64,000 nucleotides of DNA from contig JAOBJV010000001.1 of the NCBI GenBank assembly GCA_025728385.1, positions 28,046 through 92,045 on the forward strand, written 5' to 3'. Position 1 is the first letter of the stretch. Each line of letters starts with the position of its first letter. Under the pieces are notes generated by a model that was not told where the DNA came from, did not search any database, and worked only from the letters and a program-made list of their open reading frames with translations. This DNA comes from Candidatus Lightella neohaematopini. GTDB taxonomy: Bacteria; Pseudomonadota; Gammaproteobacteria; Enterobacterales; Enterobacteriaceae. Shown here one piece after another: positions 1-10,483 of this stretch. A program made the translations under genes and the position numbers.

Positions 1-1665
1 ATTATTGCTATATTCATGTTATGCTTTGCTTCACTAGATGAAGTAACTGGTACAATGATTATTAGTTATTTTATAGACAATTTTTTGACTAACCAAAAAT
101 TATCTATATTTATTATAATAATATTATTAATAACATTTATTATACTACAAATTAAATCTGTAATATTACGTTATTACCAATCATTAAAATTTAATAAAAC
201 TTCTATAGATATTGTTCAACAATTAAGAATTGACTTAATGAATACAATTTTAAGACAACCAATTAAAATATTCGATAATAAATCAGTTGGACAACTAATA
301 TCTTGCATTACTAATGATACAGAAGTAGTAAAAGACTTATTTCTTACAGTAATATCATCGGTATTACGCAGTATAGCTTTAATTATTGCTATGTTAATAG
401 CTATGTTTTTATTAAGTTATCAATTAGCTTGCGTTTCATTATTATTATTTCCATTAGTGTTTTTAGTAATGTGGTTATATCAGTATTATTGTACTCCAAT
501 AGTTAGAAAATTACGTTCTTATGTAGCAAAAATTAATAGTTTTTTTAACGAAACTATTAGTGGTATGTTAATTATACAGCAATTTTGTCAACAAAAACGT
601 TTTGCAAATAAATTAAAAAGAGCTAGTAATATACATTTTAAATTACGTATGCTAACTCTAAAATTAGATGGTTATTTACTACGACCTTTATTAAATTTAC
701 TTTTTTCTATACTTTTATGTAGTATTTTACTTATTTTCAGTTTTAATAAACAACTAATTAGTGTTGGTGTATTATATGCATTTATTAATTATTTAAGTAG
801 ATTAAATGAACCACTAATAGAATTAACATCCCAACAATCTATTATTCAACAAGCTATAGTGGCAGGAGAACGTATATTTAAATTAATGGATAGTCCAATA
901 CAAAAATATGGATTAGATAATAAATTACTTAGTAATGGTAATATAGTTATAAGAAATTTAAATTTTTCTTATAACAACAATATAAATATACTTAATAATA
1001 TAAATATTATTATACCAGACAAATACTTCATTGCTTTAGTTGGACGTACTGGTAGTGGTAAAAGTACTTTAGCTAATCTCATAATAGGTAATTATCCAAT
1101 TAGTGAAAATACTATATTTTTAGATAACAGATCAATTGAAACTCTATCTCATGAAGTAATTCATAATGGCATACTAATGGTACAACAAGATCCAGTTATT
1201 ATGGCTGATACAATATATGAAAATTTATCACTTGGTAGTGATATTAAGGAAAATGATATATGGACTATACTAAAACAGATTAAATTAGCATCATTAGTAC
1301 ACTCTTTACCTAATGGATTATTTACTAAACTTAGTGAATATGGTAATTCTTTATCTGCTGGACAAAGACAATTATTAACATTAGCAAGAGCTTTAATATT
1401 ACATCCTAAAATATTAATTTTAGATGAAGCAACTTCTAATATTGATTATGGCACAGAATTAGCTATCGCAAAAGTAATTAATAAAATTCGTAAAAATTTA
1501 ACACTAATTGTTATTGCTCATAGATTATCTACTATTATCCATGCTGATAAAATAGTAGTTTTGCATAAAGGTAGTATTATAGAATGTGGGACGCATGATT
1601 TTTTATTAAAAAAACGTAATTATTATTACAAATTATACAAATTACAAAAATTTAATAAAATATAA
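1..1665 (+). CDS. mdlB: ABC exporter with fused transmembrane and ATPase domains (MdlB-type); 5' end cut by the window edge
   Basis: The frame is open from nt 1; the ORF track starts at an internal Met at 16. A hydrophobic exporter half is followed by Walker A GRTGSGKST, ABC signature LSAGQRQ, Walker B ILILDEATS and H-loop IAHRL. It lies upstream of ffs-apt-dnaX, matching the E. coli neighbourhood. Confidence 0.8.
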   Translation: MIAIFMLCFASLDEVTGTMIISYFIDNFLTNQKLSIFIIIILLITFIILQIKSVILRYYQSLKFNKTSIDIVQQLRIDLMNTILRQPIKIFDNKSVGQLISCITNDTEVVKDLFLTVISSVLRSIALIIAMLIAMFLLSYQLACVSLLLFPLVFLVMWLYQYYCTPIVRKLRSYVAKINSFFNETISGMLIIQQFCQQKRFANKLKRASNIHFKLRMLTLKLDGYLLRPLLNLLFSILLCSILLIFSFNKQLISVGVLYAFINYLSRLNEPLIELTSQQSIIQQAIVAGERIFKLMDSPIQKYGLDNKLLSNGNIVIRNLNFSYNNNINILNNINIIIPDKYFIALVGRTGSGKSTLANLIIGNYPISENTIFLDNRSIETLSHEVIHNGILMVQQDPVIMADTIYENLSLGSDIKENDIWTILKQIKLASLVHSLPNGLFTKLSEYGNSLSAGQRQLLTLARALILHPKILILDEATSNIDYGTELAIAKVINKIRKNLTLIVIAHRLSTIIHADKIVVLHKGSIIECGTHDFLLKKRNYYYKLYKLQKFNKI

Positions 1666-1762
1666 GATTATTAATACCATTTATTAACTATTACAATAGA
1701 GATAAATAATTTATTAATAATAAATTGACAGTTATAATAGATTTATTTTAATATAATATTTA

Positions 1763-1866
1763 GGATAGTTGGTATTATTATATTATCTATTTATATGAAT
1801 CCAGTCAGGTCTGGAAAGAAGCAGCTGTAGTATATTTATGATAGTGATAATAACTACTAATTATCC
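1763..1866 (+). ncRNA. ffs: 4.5S RNA (signal recognition particle RNA)
   Basis: ccagtcaggtctggaaagaagcagc matches conserved SRP RNA domain IV (E. coli CCAGGUCAGGUCCGGAAGGAAGCAGCC, including the GGAA tetraloop). The 5' ggatagttggtattattat pairs with the 3' ataataactactaattatcc as the closing helix. It is a GC-enriched island in an otherwise AT-only spacer. Ends are +/- a few nt. Confidence 0.85.
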
Positions 1867-2031
1867 AAATAATTTTTTATACAAGTTAACAAGTAGTGTT
1901 TTATATTAATTATCGTTAAATTAATAGATATTTATTTTAGAGAGAATAATTTGTGTCGTTAATTTAGATATTATAATTAATTATACTAATATATAATATT
2001 ATTATTTATAATAATTTTGGTTATTTATATT

Positions 2032-2583
2032 ATGCTCTTAGAGCAAGAAAAATTAGCATTAATTAAAAAAAATATAATATCAGTTCCAAATTATCCTAGA
2101 CCAGGTTTATTGTTTAGAGATATTACTAATTTAGTTAAACATCCATATGCATATGCTGCTAGTATATCATTATTAACTAATTATTATCGTAATTATAATT
2201 TGAATAAAATTGTTGGTATAGAAGCTAGAGGATTTTTATTTGGAGCTCCATTAGCGTTATCATTAGGATTAGGATTTGTTCCAGTAAGAAAACCAGGCAA
2301 ATTACCTAGAGAAACGATAAGTGAAAATTACATATTGGAATATGGTAATAATAAATTAGAAATACATAAAGATTCTATCACTCCTGGTGATAGAGTATTA
2401 ATAGTTGATGATTTACTAGCTACTGGTGGAACAATATGTGCAGTAGCTAAATTAATAAGAAGACTTAATGGTATAGTAAATAATGCTGCGTTTATTATTA
2501 ATTTAATTGAATTAGGAGGAGAAAATATATTAAATAATATGGGTATTAAGAATTATAGTTTATTATTATTTAATAATAATTAA
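2032..2583 (+). CDS. apt: adenine phosphoribosyltransferase
   Basis: The ORF track gives 2017..2583 with a TTG start. ATG at 2032 gives a typical Apt length. PRPP-binding loop [13 protein letters not shown] and FRDIT motif are present. The apt-dnaX order matches E. coli. Confidence 0.93.
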   Translation: MLLEQEKLALIKKNIISVPNYPRPGLLFRDITNLVKHPYAYAASISLLTNYYRNYNLNKIVGIEARGFLFGAPLALSLGLGFVPVRKPGKLPRETISENYILEYGNNKLEIHKDSITPGDRVLIVDDLLATGGTICAVAKLIRRLNGIVNNAAFIINLIELGGENILNNMGIKNYSLLLFNNN

Positions 2584-2610
2584 TATTTATATTATATTAA
2601 TTTAATTTAT

Positions 2611-3687
2611 ATGATTTATAAACCATTAGTATTAAAATGGCGTCCTAGGTGTTTTAATGATTTAATAGGTCAAGATCACATAGTTAATGCTTTTACTAAT
2701 GCATTTAATTTGAACAAAATTCATTATGCATATATTTTTTCTGGATCTTATGGTATAGGAAAAACTACAATAGCTAGACTATTAGCTAAAAGTTTAAACT
2801 GCATTAATAATAGTATAAATATTTGTGATATTTGTGATGCGTGTATAGAAATACAAAATAATTGTTTTATTGATTTAATAGAAATTGATGCCGCATCGTC
2901 TTCTGGAATAGATAATATCAAAGAGTTAATAGAAAATGCTCAATATTTTCCAGTAAAAGGAAAATTTAAAATTTACTTAATTGATGAAGTACATATGTTA
3001 TCTCGTAGTAGTTTTAATGCTTTATTAAAAATATTAGAAGAACCACCTTCTCATATTAAATTTTTATTAGCTACTACTGAATATAACAAAATACCAAAAG
3101 TAATTACTTCTCGGTGTTTACATTTTAATTTATTAAAAATAAATAATAGTGAAATTACTCTATATTTAAAAACTATTTTAACTAAAGAACAAATATCATT
3201 TGACGAACAAGCAATAATTTATATTACAAATGTTGCCAATGGTAGTTTACGTGATGCATTAAATTTAACTGATCAAGCTATAGTTTTTGGTAAAGGAAAA
3301 ATAATTTTAAATATTGTAGTTAATATGCTTGGTATAGTAGATATTAATCAATTAATATTAATTATTGAACTAATAATATCAAATAATACTAATCAGTTAA
3401 TTAATACTATTAATAACATATCTACAAATAACATTAATTGGGAGAAATTTTTAACTGATATATTATTAATATTGCATGATATTTTATTAATTAAAACTTT
3501 ATCAAACTATAATTCTAATTATAATAAAAATATATTATTTCGTTTAAATAATATTTCAAAATTATTATCAATTAATATTATAAAAAAGTATATTGATCTA
3601 GTATTGAATGGTTATAAAGAATTATTAATAGTAGATAATAAAAAATTAATAATAGAAATAACATTACTAAAATTAATTAATTATTGA
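2611..3687 (+). CDS. dnaX: DNA polymerase III clamp-loader subunit DnaX, short form (domains I-III only, no tau-specific C-terminus)
   Basis: KWRP..F.DLIGQ start, Walker A GSYGIGKTT, four-Cys zinc module NCINNSINICDICDACIEI, DEVHMLS, SRC motif ITSRCLHF. The protein ends at 358 aa, about where E. coli domain III ends (...EMTLLRALAF equivalent ...EITLLKLINY). Confidence 0.93.
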   Translation: MIYKPLVLKWRPRCFNDLIGQDHIVNAFTNAFNLNKIHYAYIFSGSYGIGKTTIARLLAKSLNCINNSINICDICDACIEIQNNCFIDLIEIDAASSSGIDNIKELIENAQYFPVKGKFKIYLIDEVHMLSRSSFNALLKILEEPPSHIKFLLATTEYNKIPKVITSRCLHFNLLKINNSEITLYLKTILTKEQISFDEQAIIYITNVANGSLRDALNLTDQAIVFGKGKIILNIVVNMLGIVDINQLILIIELIISNNTNQLINTINNISTNNINWEKFLTDILLILHDILLIKTLSNYNSNYNKNILFRLNNISKLLSINIIKKYIDLVLNGYKELLIVDNKKLIIEITLLKLINY

Positions 3688-3771
3688 TTTTTAAATTATA
3701 AAATTATACTATACTAGATGTTTTATTATAATTTAATATATATTAATTTATATAGGTTACTAATATTACAA

Positions 3772-4371
3772 ATGAATAATAGTATAACAGATGATTTAAT
3801 AAAAATATTAAAAATTCTACCTGGTATTGGACCTAAATCAGCACAAAGAATTATGTTTTTCTTATTAAGAAATAAGAAAATAGGAATTAATTTGCATAAA
3901 TCGTTAAATGATGTAATGCTAAATATTAATCAATGTACTATGTGTTTTAACTTTACTGCAAAAAATATTTGTGATATTTGCTCTAGTCAGGATAGAATAA
4001 ATTGTAAACAGATTTGTGTGGTAGAAAATCCTGCTGATGTATTTGCTATAGAACAAACTGGTCAATTTTCTGGATTATATTTTGTATTGTTTGGTTGTCT
4101 ATCACCAATAGATGGAATTAAATCTAATGATATTAATTTAGATATATTAGAAAATAGATTAAAAAAAAATGTAATAAAAGAAGTTATTGTTGCTACTAGT
4201 TCTACTGTAGAAGGTGAGATTACTAGTAATTATATAGCTGGAATATGTAAAAATTATAATATTGTTGTTAGTCGTATTGCTTATGGTATACCAGTAGGTA
4301 GTGAAATAGAATCAATAGATTTTAATACTTTATCTCATTCCATAATTAGAAGATATAAAATTAATTCTTAA
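3772..4371 (+). CDS. recR: recombination protein RecR
   Basis: The ORF track starts at 3718. ATG at 3772 gives MNNSITDDLIKILKILPGIGPKSAQR (helix-hairpin-helix) and about 199 aa. C4 zinc finger CTMC...CDIC and a Toprim region VVENPADVFAIEQTG are present. Confidence 0.92.
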   Translation: MNNSITDDLIKILKILPGIGPKSAQRIMFFLLRNKKIGINLHKSLNDVMLNINQCTMCFNFTAKNICDICSSQDRINCKQICVVENPADVFAIEQTGQFSGLYFVLFGCLSPIDGIKSNDINLDILENRLKKNVIKEVIVATSSTVEGEITSNYIAGICKNYNIVVSRIAYGIPVGSEIESIDFNTLSHSIIRRYKINS

Positions 4372-4405
4372 TAAAGTAAATTATTTATCAATTTAGGTGA
4401 TTTAT

Positions 4406-6265
4406 ATGAATAAAAAAGAGATACGGGGTTTTCAATCTGAAACTAAACAAATATTAAATATAATGATTAATTCTTTATACTCAAATAAAGAAATTTTTTT
4501 ACGTGAGCTAATATCTAACGCGTCAGATGCAATAGATAAATTAAAGTTTTTAATGTTATCTAAACCTGAATTATATAAATATAATAATAATTTTTGCATA
4601 ATGATTTCTTTTAATAAGCAAGATCGTTCTATCATTATAGATGATAATGGTATTGGCATGAGTTATAATGAAGTAATAAGTAATTTAGGAACAATTGCTA
4701 AATCTGGAACTAAAGAATTTATTAAATTAAAGGAATTTGAAAATAAATTAAATAGTAATCTTATTGGTTATTTTGGTGTTGGATTTTATTCATCATTTAT
4801 TGTAGCTAATAAAGTTGTTGTACATACTAAATCATTTAATGATGTTAGCGGAGTACTATGGGAATCAGATGGTAAAGATAAATATACTATTGACTATCTG
4901 GATAAACCTAATCATGGTACTAAGGTTATATTATATTTAAAGGATAGTGAAGAAGAATTTCTTGATTATTGGAAATTAAAAAGTATTATAAATAAATATT
5001 CTGATCATATTCAATTACCAATTAAATTACAATATTGTGATAATAAAAATAATAATATTTGGAAACAGGTTAATCAAGCTAAAGCTATATGGATTCGTAA
5101 TAAAATAGATATCAAAGATAGTGAATATATAGAATTCTATAAACATATTACTGGAGATCATAATGATCCATTATATTGGCAACATAGTGTTATTGAAGGT
5201 AAGCAAGAATATACTATATTATTATATATTCCTAGTAAATTTACATATAATCCTTGGCATAATGAACAAAAAAATGGTTTAAAATTATATGTTAAACGTA
5301 TATTTATTATGGATAATGTTAATAATTTTTTACCAAATTATTTACGTTTTATAAGAGGAATTATAGATTCTAATGATTTACCACTTAACGTATCTCGTGA
5401 GATTTTGCAAGAAAATGAAATAATTAACAAAATAAAAAGCAGTATTACAAAAAAAGTACTTATTATGTTAGAAAAATTAGCAAAAAATAATGAAAATAAG
5501 TATAAAATTTTTTGGAAACAATTTGGTTTAATTCTTAAAGAAGGTATAGCTGAAGATTTTAAGAATAAAAAGTTACTATCTAACTTATTAAGATTTTCGC
5601 ATACAAATAGTGATGATCAGAACGATTACATATCATTAGATATGTATGTTAACTGTATGAAGCAAGAACAAGATAAAATATATTATATTATCGCTAGTAG
5701 TTATAATTCAGCTAAATATAGTCCACATATAGAAATTTTGAAAAAAAATAATATTATTGTATTATTATTATTTGACACAGTTGATGAATGGATGATGAAT
5801 TATATTAATGATTTTAATGGTAAGAAATTTCATTTGTCTAGTAAAGAGGATGACTTAATAAATAAATATGCCAATGATGAAAATAGAATACATATAACAG
5901 ATCCAGTTGAATCTTCTAATAATTTTATTTATCGAATAAAGAATTATTTAGGTGATAAAGTAATTGATGTTAAATTTACAAAAAAATTAGTAACATCACC
6001 GGTAGCGTTAGTAAATGAAAATAATGGTATAACTACTCAAATGGCTAAGTTATTAAAAAATACTGGTCAATCAATACCAAAAATTAAGTATATTTTATTA
6101 ATTAATTATAAACATAACATAATTAATAAAATGTCCTGTATAAAAGAAGATAATAAATTTAATCAATGGGTTGAATTATTGTTTAGTCAAGCATTGTTAA
6201 TGGAAAGTAATTATTTAGATAATCCAGGAACATTTATTAAAATTATTAATCAGTTAATAATTTAA
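4406..6265 (+). CDS. htpG: molecular chaperone HtpG (Hsp90)
   Basis: The track start is GTG at 4397; ATG at 4406 is preceded by aggtga. RGFQSETKQILNIMINSLYSNKEIFLRELISNASDAIDK is the Hsp90 N-terminal ATPase signature. The protein is full length and collinear. Confidence 0.95.
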   Translation: MNKKEIRGFQSETKQILNIMINSLYSNKEIFLRELISNASDAIDKLKFLMLSKPELYKYNNNFCIMISFNKQDRSIIIDDNGIGMSYNEVISNLGTIAKSGTKEFIKLKEFENKLNSNLIGYFGVGFYSSFIVANKVVVHTKSFNDVSGVLWESDGKDKYTIDYLDKPNHGTKVILYLKDSEEEFLDYWKLKSIINKYSDHIQLPIKLQYCDNKNNNIWKQVNQAKAIWIRNKIDIKDSEYIEFYKHITGDHNDPLYWQHSVIEGKQEYTILLYIPSKFTYNPWHNEQKNGLKLYVKRIFIMDNVNNFLPNYLRFIRGIIDSNDLPLNVSREILQENEIINKIKSSITKKVLIMLEKLAKNNENKYKIFWKQFGLILKEGIAEDFKNKKLLSNLLRFSHTNSDDQNDYISLDMYVNCMKQEQDKIYYIIASSYNSAKYSPHIEILKKNNIIVLLLFDTVDEWMMNYINDFNGKKFHLSSKEDDLINKYANDENRIHITDPVESSNNFIYRIKNYLGDKVIDVKFTKKLVTSPVALVNENNGITTQMAKLLKNTGQSIPKIKYILLINYKHNIINKMSCIKEDNKFNQWVELLFSQALLMESNYLDNPGTFIKIINQLII

Positions 6266-6269
6266 TTTT

Positions 6270-6926
6270 ATGAATATTAATAGAAATATTCGAATAATTT
6301 TTATTGGTGCTCCAGGAACTGGTAAAGGTACACAATCTGATTTACTTGCCAAAAAATATAAAATACCTAAAATTTCTGTGGGTGAATTATTACGTAAATT
6401 AGTTAATAATAATATTTCTGATAATATTAATTTAGGTGACTTAATATCAGATAGTGTAGTGTGTAATATAGTTAAAATGCGTCTTTGTAAAAATGATTGT
6501 GATAATGGATTTATATTAGATGGATTTCCTAGAAGTATTAACCAAGCTCAATATTTAACTATTAATAATATTAAAATTAATTTCGTTTTTAATATTAAGT
6601 TACCATATAAAATTATCATAAAGCGCTTATTGGGTAGACGTATTCATAAATTATCAGGTAGAATATATCATATAAAATATAATCCACCAATAGTAAATAA
6701 TTTAGATAATATTACTGGGGAACAATTAATATCTAGAAAAGATGATAATATTAACATTATTAAACATAGATTAAAAATTCATAATAAACAAATTATCAAT
6801 ATAGTTAATTATTATAAACAGGAAGTTAAATTAGGTAATATAAATTCTTATATAGAAATAGATGGCGATAAACCAATTAACTTAATTCTAACAGAAATAA
6901 TTAACAAAATTAACTATTTTATTTAA
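6270..6926 (+). CDS. adk: adenylate kinase
   Basis: P-loop GAPGTGKGTQ, GFILDGFPR and a LID segment GRRIH..SGRIYH. The htpG-adk order matches E. coli. Confidence 0.95.
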   Translation: MNINRNIRIIFIGAPGTGKGTQSDLLAKKYKIPKISVGELLRKLVNNNISDNINLGDLISDSVVCNIVKMRLCKNDCDNGFILDGFPRSINQAQYLTINNIKINFVFNIKLPYKIIIKRLLGRRIHKLSGRIYHIKYNPPIVNNLDNITGEQLISRKDDNINIIKHRLKIHNKQIINIVNYYKQEVKLGNINSYIEIDGDKPINLILTEIINKINYFI

Positions 6927-6940
6927 GAAAATTTATTTTT

Positions 6941-7834
6941 TTATTTATTTTGTTTTATTAACTCTGCAATTCCATTAATTGTACTAATAATACTTGTAGT
7001 GTCCAATGGCATCATAATAATTTTACTATTGTTAGCTATACCTATACTATTTAATGCATCAGTATATTTTTGTGCTATAAAATAATTTATAGCTTGTATA
7101 TTACCAGAAGATATAGCTTCAGAAACAATATGTGTAGCATGAGCCTCAGCTTCAGCTGCTCTTTCTCTAGCTTCAGCTTTCAAAATTTGTGATTGCTTTT
7201 CTCCTTCAGCTTTTAAAATTTGTGATTGCTTTTCTCCTTCAGCTTTTAAAATTTGTGATTGCCTTACTCCTTCAGCTTCTAATATTTCAGCTCTTTTTGT
7301 GCGTTCTGCTTTCATTTGAGCATTCATAGCATTTATCATTTCTACTGGGGGTTTTATATCTCTAATTTCTACTCTTGTAATTTTTACACCCCAATTATTG
7401 GTGGCATCATCAATAATTTTTAATAATTGTATATTTATATTATCTCTTTGTGAGAGCATTTCGTCTAATTCCATTGCTCCTAACACTGTACGTATATTAG
7501 TCATAGTCAAATTTAATATTGCCTGATTTAAATTACTTACTTTATAAGCAGCTTGTTCTGCATTAATCACTTGAATAAAACATACAGCATCTATTTTTAC
7601 ATTGGCATTATCCTTAGATATTATTTCTTGTGAAGGAATATCTAATACTTGCTCCATCATATTTATTTTATGACCAATTCTATCTACAAATGGTATTATT
7701 AAATTTAATCCTGGTTGTAATGTTCGAATAAATCGACCAAATCTCTCTATTGTCCATTGATAACCTTGAGGAACAATTTTTAAACTATTAATAACTATTA
7801 ATAACAATACAGTAAATACCAAAAATAATATCAC
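6941..7834 (-). CDS. qmcA: SPFH/band-7 (stomatin-like) membrane protein, QmcA/YbbK type
   Basis: N-terminal TM helix, then [15 protein letters not shown]...[23 protein letters not shown]...EIRDIKPP, a typical SPFH core. The C-terminal coiled coil has [11 protein letters not shown] repeats. No NfeD (ybbJ) partner follows it. Confidence 0.88.
   Translation of the reverse strand: MILFLVFTVLLLIVINSLKIVPQGYQWTIERFGRFIRTLQPGLNLIIPFVDRIGHKINMMEQVLDIPSQEIISKDNANVKIDAVCFIQVINAEQAAYKVSNLNQAILNLTMTNIRTVLGAMELDEMLSQRDNINIQLLKIIDDATNNWGVKITRVEIRDIKPPVEMINAMNAQMKAERTKRAEILEAEGVRQSQILKAEGEKQSQILKAEGEKQSQILKAEARERAAEAEAHATHIVSEAISSGNIQAINYFIAQKYTDALNSIGIANNSKIIMMPLDTTSIISTINGIAELIKQNK
7171..7280. repeat. 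33-bp in-frame tandem repeat, 3.3 copies, inside qmcA
   Basis: Units are 7171-7203, 7204-7236 and 7237-7269, plus a partial unit 7270-7280. The unit is cttcagcttttaaaatttgtgattgcttttctc. Copy 1 vs 2 differ at 1 nt and copy 2 vs 3 at 2 nt. The repeat encodes (K/E)[10 protein letters not shown] units on the minus strand. Confidence 0.95.
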
Positions 7835-7903
7835 TAATACATCCTTTCTAATAGTATCAACATTCTTACAAATAAATATTACTGGACGCAGTATATAATA
7901 GTT

Positions 7904-9196
7904 TTATATATAAGTCAATCCATTCATATATGGTTCTAATATCTTTGGTACTTTAATTTTACCATTGGATTGTTGATAATTTTCCATAATAGCTACTAAT
8001 GTTCTACCAATAGCTAAACCAGAACCATTAATAATATGTACTAGTTCTAGTTTATTATTTATTGAATTTCTATAACGAATTTTCATTCTTCTAGATTGAA
8101 AATCACTTGTATTTGAACAAGAAGACACTTCTTTATATGTTTTACTAGCTGGTAACCATACTTCTAAATCATAAGTTTTACATGAAGTAAACCCTGTATC
8201 ACCTGTACATAATAAAATTTTTCTATAAGGTAAATTTAATAGTTTTAATATTTTTTCAGCATGACTTGTTAAGTCTTCTAAAGCTTGAATAGAATTTTCT
8301 GGTTTGACAAATTGTATCATTTCTACTTTATCAAATTGGTGCATACGAATTAATCCTTTAGTATCTTGTCCATAAGCGCCTGCTTCTGCTCTAAAGCAAG
8401 GAGTACAAGCAACCATTTTTATTGGTAATTTATCTTCCTCAATAATTTTATTACGCATAATATTTATTAATGGTACCTCAGCTGTTGGTATCAAAGCATA
8501 AGATTTATCATTACCAATAGTTTTATTAGTAAAATGAGTATAAAATAAATCATTATTAAATTTTGGTAATTGACCAGCACCATATAACGATTCAAAATTT
8601 ACTAAGTATGGTACATGATATTCTACATAATTGTGTAATGTTGTATGTATTTCTAACATGAACTGAGATAATATTCTATATAGACGGGCAATATTATTTT
8701 TCATTACTACAAATCTAGAACCAGTTATTTTAGCAGCTAATGAAAAATCTAAATCACCAATATTTTTACCTAAATCAACATGATTTTTTAATAATTTATC
8801 ACAATTAGTTTGATTTCCCCACTTTAATATTTCTTTATTAAAGTTTTTATTATTTCCAATAGGAACATCATCATTAGTAATGTTAGGTATTAATAATTCA
8901 TAATTACGGATAGAGTTTTTTAATAAATCCAGTTCTATTTTAGTATCTTTTAATTTTTTACGAATTTTAATAACTTCTTGACATAAAGAAGTAATATCTT
9001 CCCCATTAGATTTCATAACACTAATTTTTCTTGATTTAGAATTTCTTTCTGCTTGTAATTTTTCTACTTTTAATTGTAAAATTTTTCTATATTTTTCTTG
9101 TTTTTTTAATGTTTTAATATCTAATTTAAATTGTCTATAATTTAATTTTTTAGCAGTTAAGTATATTTTTTCCTTTAACAAATTTTTATCTAACAT
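7904..9196 (-). CDS. serS: seryl-tRNA synthetase
   Basis: 430 aa with an N-terminal coiled-coil arm. The class II core includes FRAEAGAYGQDTKGLIRMHQFDKVE and GSGLAIGRTLVAIMENYQ. Confidence 0.95.
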   Translation of the reverse strand: MLDKNLLKEKIYLTAKKLNYRQFKLDIKTLKKQEKYRKILQLKVEKLQAERNSKSRKISVMKSNGEDITSLCQEVIKIRKKLKDTKIELDLLKNSIRNYELLIPNITNDDVPIGNNKNFNKEILKWGNQTNCDKLLKNHVDLGKNIGDLDFSLAAKITGSRFVVMKNNIARLYRILSQFMLEIHTTLHNYVEYHVPYLVNFESLYGAGQLPKFNNDLFYTHFTNKTIGNDKSYALIPTAEVPLINIMRNKIIEEDKLPIKMVACTPCFRAEAGAYGQDTKGLIRMHQFDKVEMIQFVKPENSIQALEDLTSHAEKILKLLNLPYRKILLCTGDTGFTSCKTYDLEVWLPASKTYKEVSSCSNTSDFQSRRMKIRYRNSINNKLELVHIINGSGLAIGRTLVAIMENYQQSNGKIKVPKILEPYMNGLTYI

Positions 9197-9236
9197 AATT
9201 ATATTTACTTTTTAATAAACAGATAATATTATAATT

Positions 9237-9298
9237 CAATAATTTAATTAATATAAATAGTTATTATATATTAATAATTTATATTAATTAAATTATTG
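9237..9298. repeat. perfect 22-bp inverted repeat with an 18-bp spacer in the serS/dapA divergent intergenic region
   Basis: Left arm caataatttaattaatataaat (9237-9258). Right arm atttatattaattaaattattg (9277-9298) is its exact reverse complement. The match was verified base by base. Confidence 0.9.
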
Positions 9299-9417
9299 GA
9301 TTATAAATGATAATTTATTAAAGTTAACATAATAATTTACTAATTAATTCATATTATCTTAAATAAAAATAAATTTTATTAAACTTAGAATAAAGTTAAA
9401 TTTTATAAAATATAAAA

Positions 9418-10317
9418 ATGAATAAAATTAAAATTAATGGTAATATAGTAGCATTAATTACTCCTATGGATAAATCTGGTAAAATAGATAAGTATAGCCT
9501 AAAAAACTTAATTGACTATCATTGTAACAATAAAACTAATGCATTGTTAATTACTGGTACTACTGGCGAGTTTTTTACTCTTGATAATGAAGAACGTAAA
9601 CAATTATTATTATGGACTTTAAAATTTAATAAAGGTAGATTACCTATTATAGTTGGTATTGGATCAAGTTCTACACACAAAGCAATAAAAATTATGAAAT
9701 ATTTCCAACATTATGATATATCATCTTATTTAAGTATTACTCCATATTATATTTGTCCTAACCAACAAGGTATTTATCAACATTTTAAAACTATTTCTGA
9801 ACATATTAGTATACCACAATTGATATATAATAATCCTAAAAGATCTGGTTGTGATATTTTGCCAAAAACAATAATTAAGTTATCTAAAATAGATAATATT
9901 ATTGGTATTAAAGAAACTGTATATGATATGAATCGAATTAAGTTAATTAGAAGTATGACAAATAATTTTTCTATATTAAATGGTAATGATGATAATATAT
10001 TACCGTTTATGGTATCTGGTGGTAATGGTGTTATATCAGTGTTATCTAATATTGCTACTAATGAAGTGTCTTTACTAATTAAATTAATAATAAATAAAGA
10101 GTATCAAAAAGCAAAAATTATTTTTAATAATTTACTACCATTATGTAAAATATTAACATCAATAGCACCTAATCCAGTACCAATAAAGTGGATTTGCAAA
10201 GAAATTGGATTAATATCTTCAGACAATACTAGATTGCCATTAGTTAAATTAACAAATAATAAAAAAAAATTTTTACGTAATATAGTATTAAAAACTAAAT
10301 TAGATACATTTAAATAA
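9418..10317 (+). CDS. dapA: 4-hydroxy-tetrahydrodipicolinate synthase
   Basis: 299 aa. VALITPM...TGTTGEF, YNNP and the IGIKET (Schiff-base Lys) motifs of the DapA family are present. Confidence 0.92.
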   Translation: MNKIKINGNIVALITPMDKSGKIDKYSLKNLIDYHCNNKTNALLITGTTGEFFTLDNEERKQLLLWTLKFNKGRLPIIVGIGSSSTHKAIKIMKYFQHYDISSYLSITPYYICPNQQGIYQHFKTISEHISIPQLIYNNPKRSGCDILPKTIIKLSKIDNIIGIKETVYDMNRIKLIRSMTNNFSILNGNDDNILPFMVSGGNGVISVLSNIATNEVSLLIKLIINKEYQKAKIIFNNLLPLCKILTSIAPNPVPIKWICKEIGLISSDNTRLPLVKLTNNKKKFLRNIVLKTKLDTFK

Positions 10318-10348
10318 CAATTAATGCTGATAAGTAATTATAATGTAA

Positions 10349-10422
<74 letters not shown>

Positions 10423-10483
10423 ATACTCTTATGTAAATAAATAAAATTTTTCGTTAAGTTACAAAAATAAACAAAACTAGTAA

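Noticed and set aside
4432-4659. 75-aa minus-strand ORF inside htpG
   Set aside because: It is antisense to a strongly conserved CDS. It has a low-complexity, Leu/Ile/Ser-rich translation typical of the reverse frame of AT-rich genes, and no recognisable motif.
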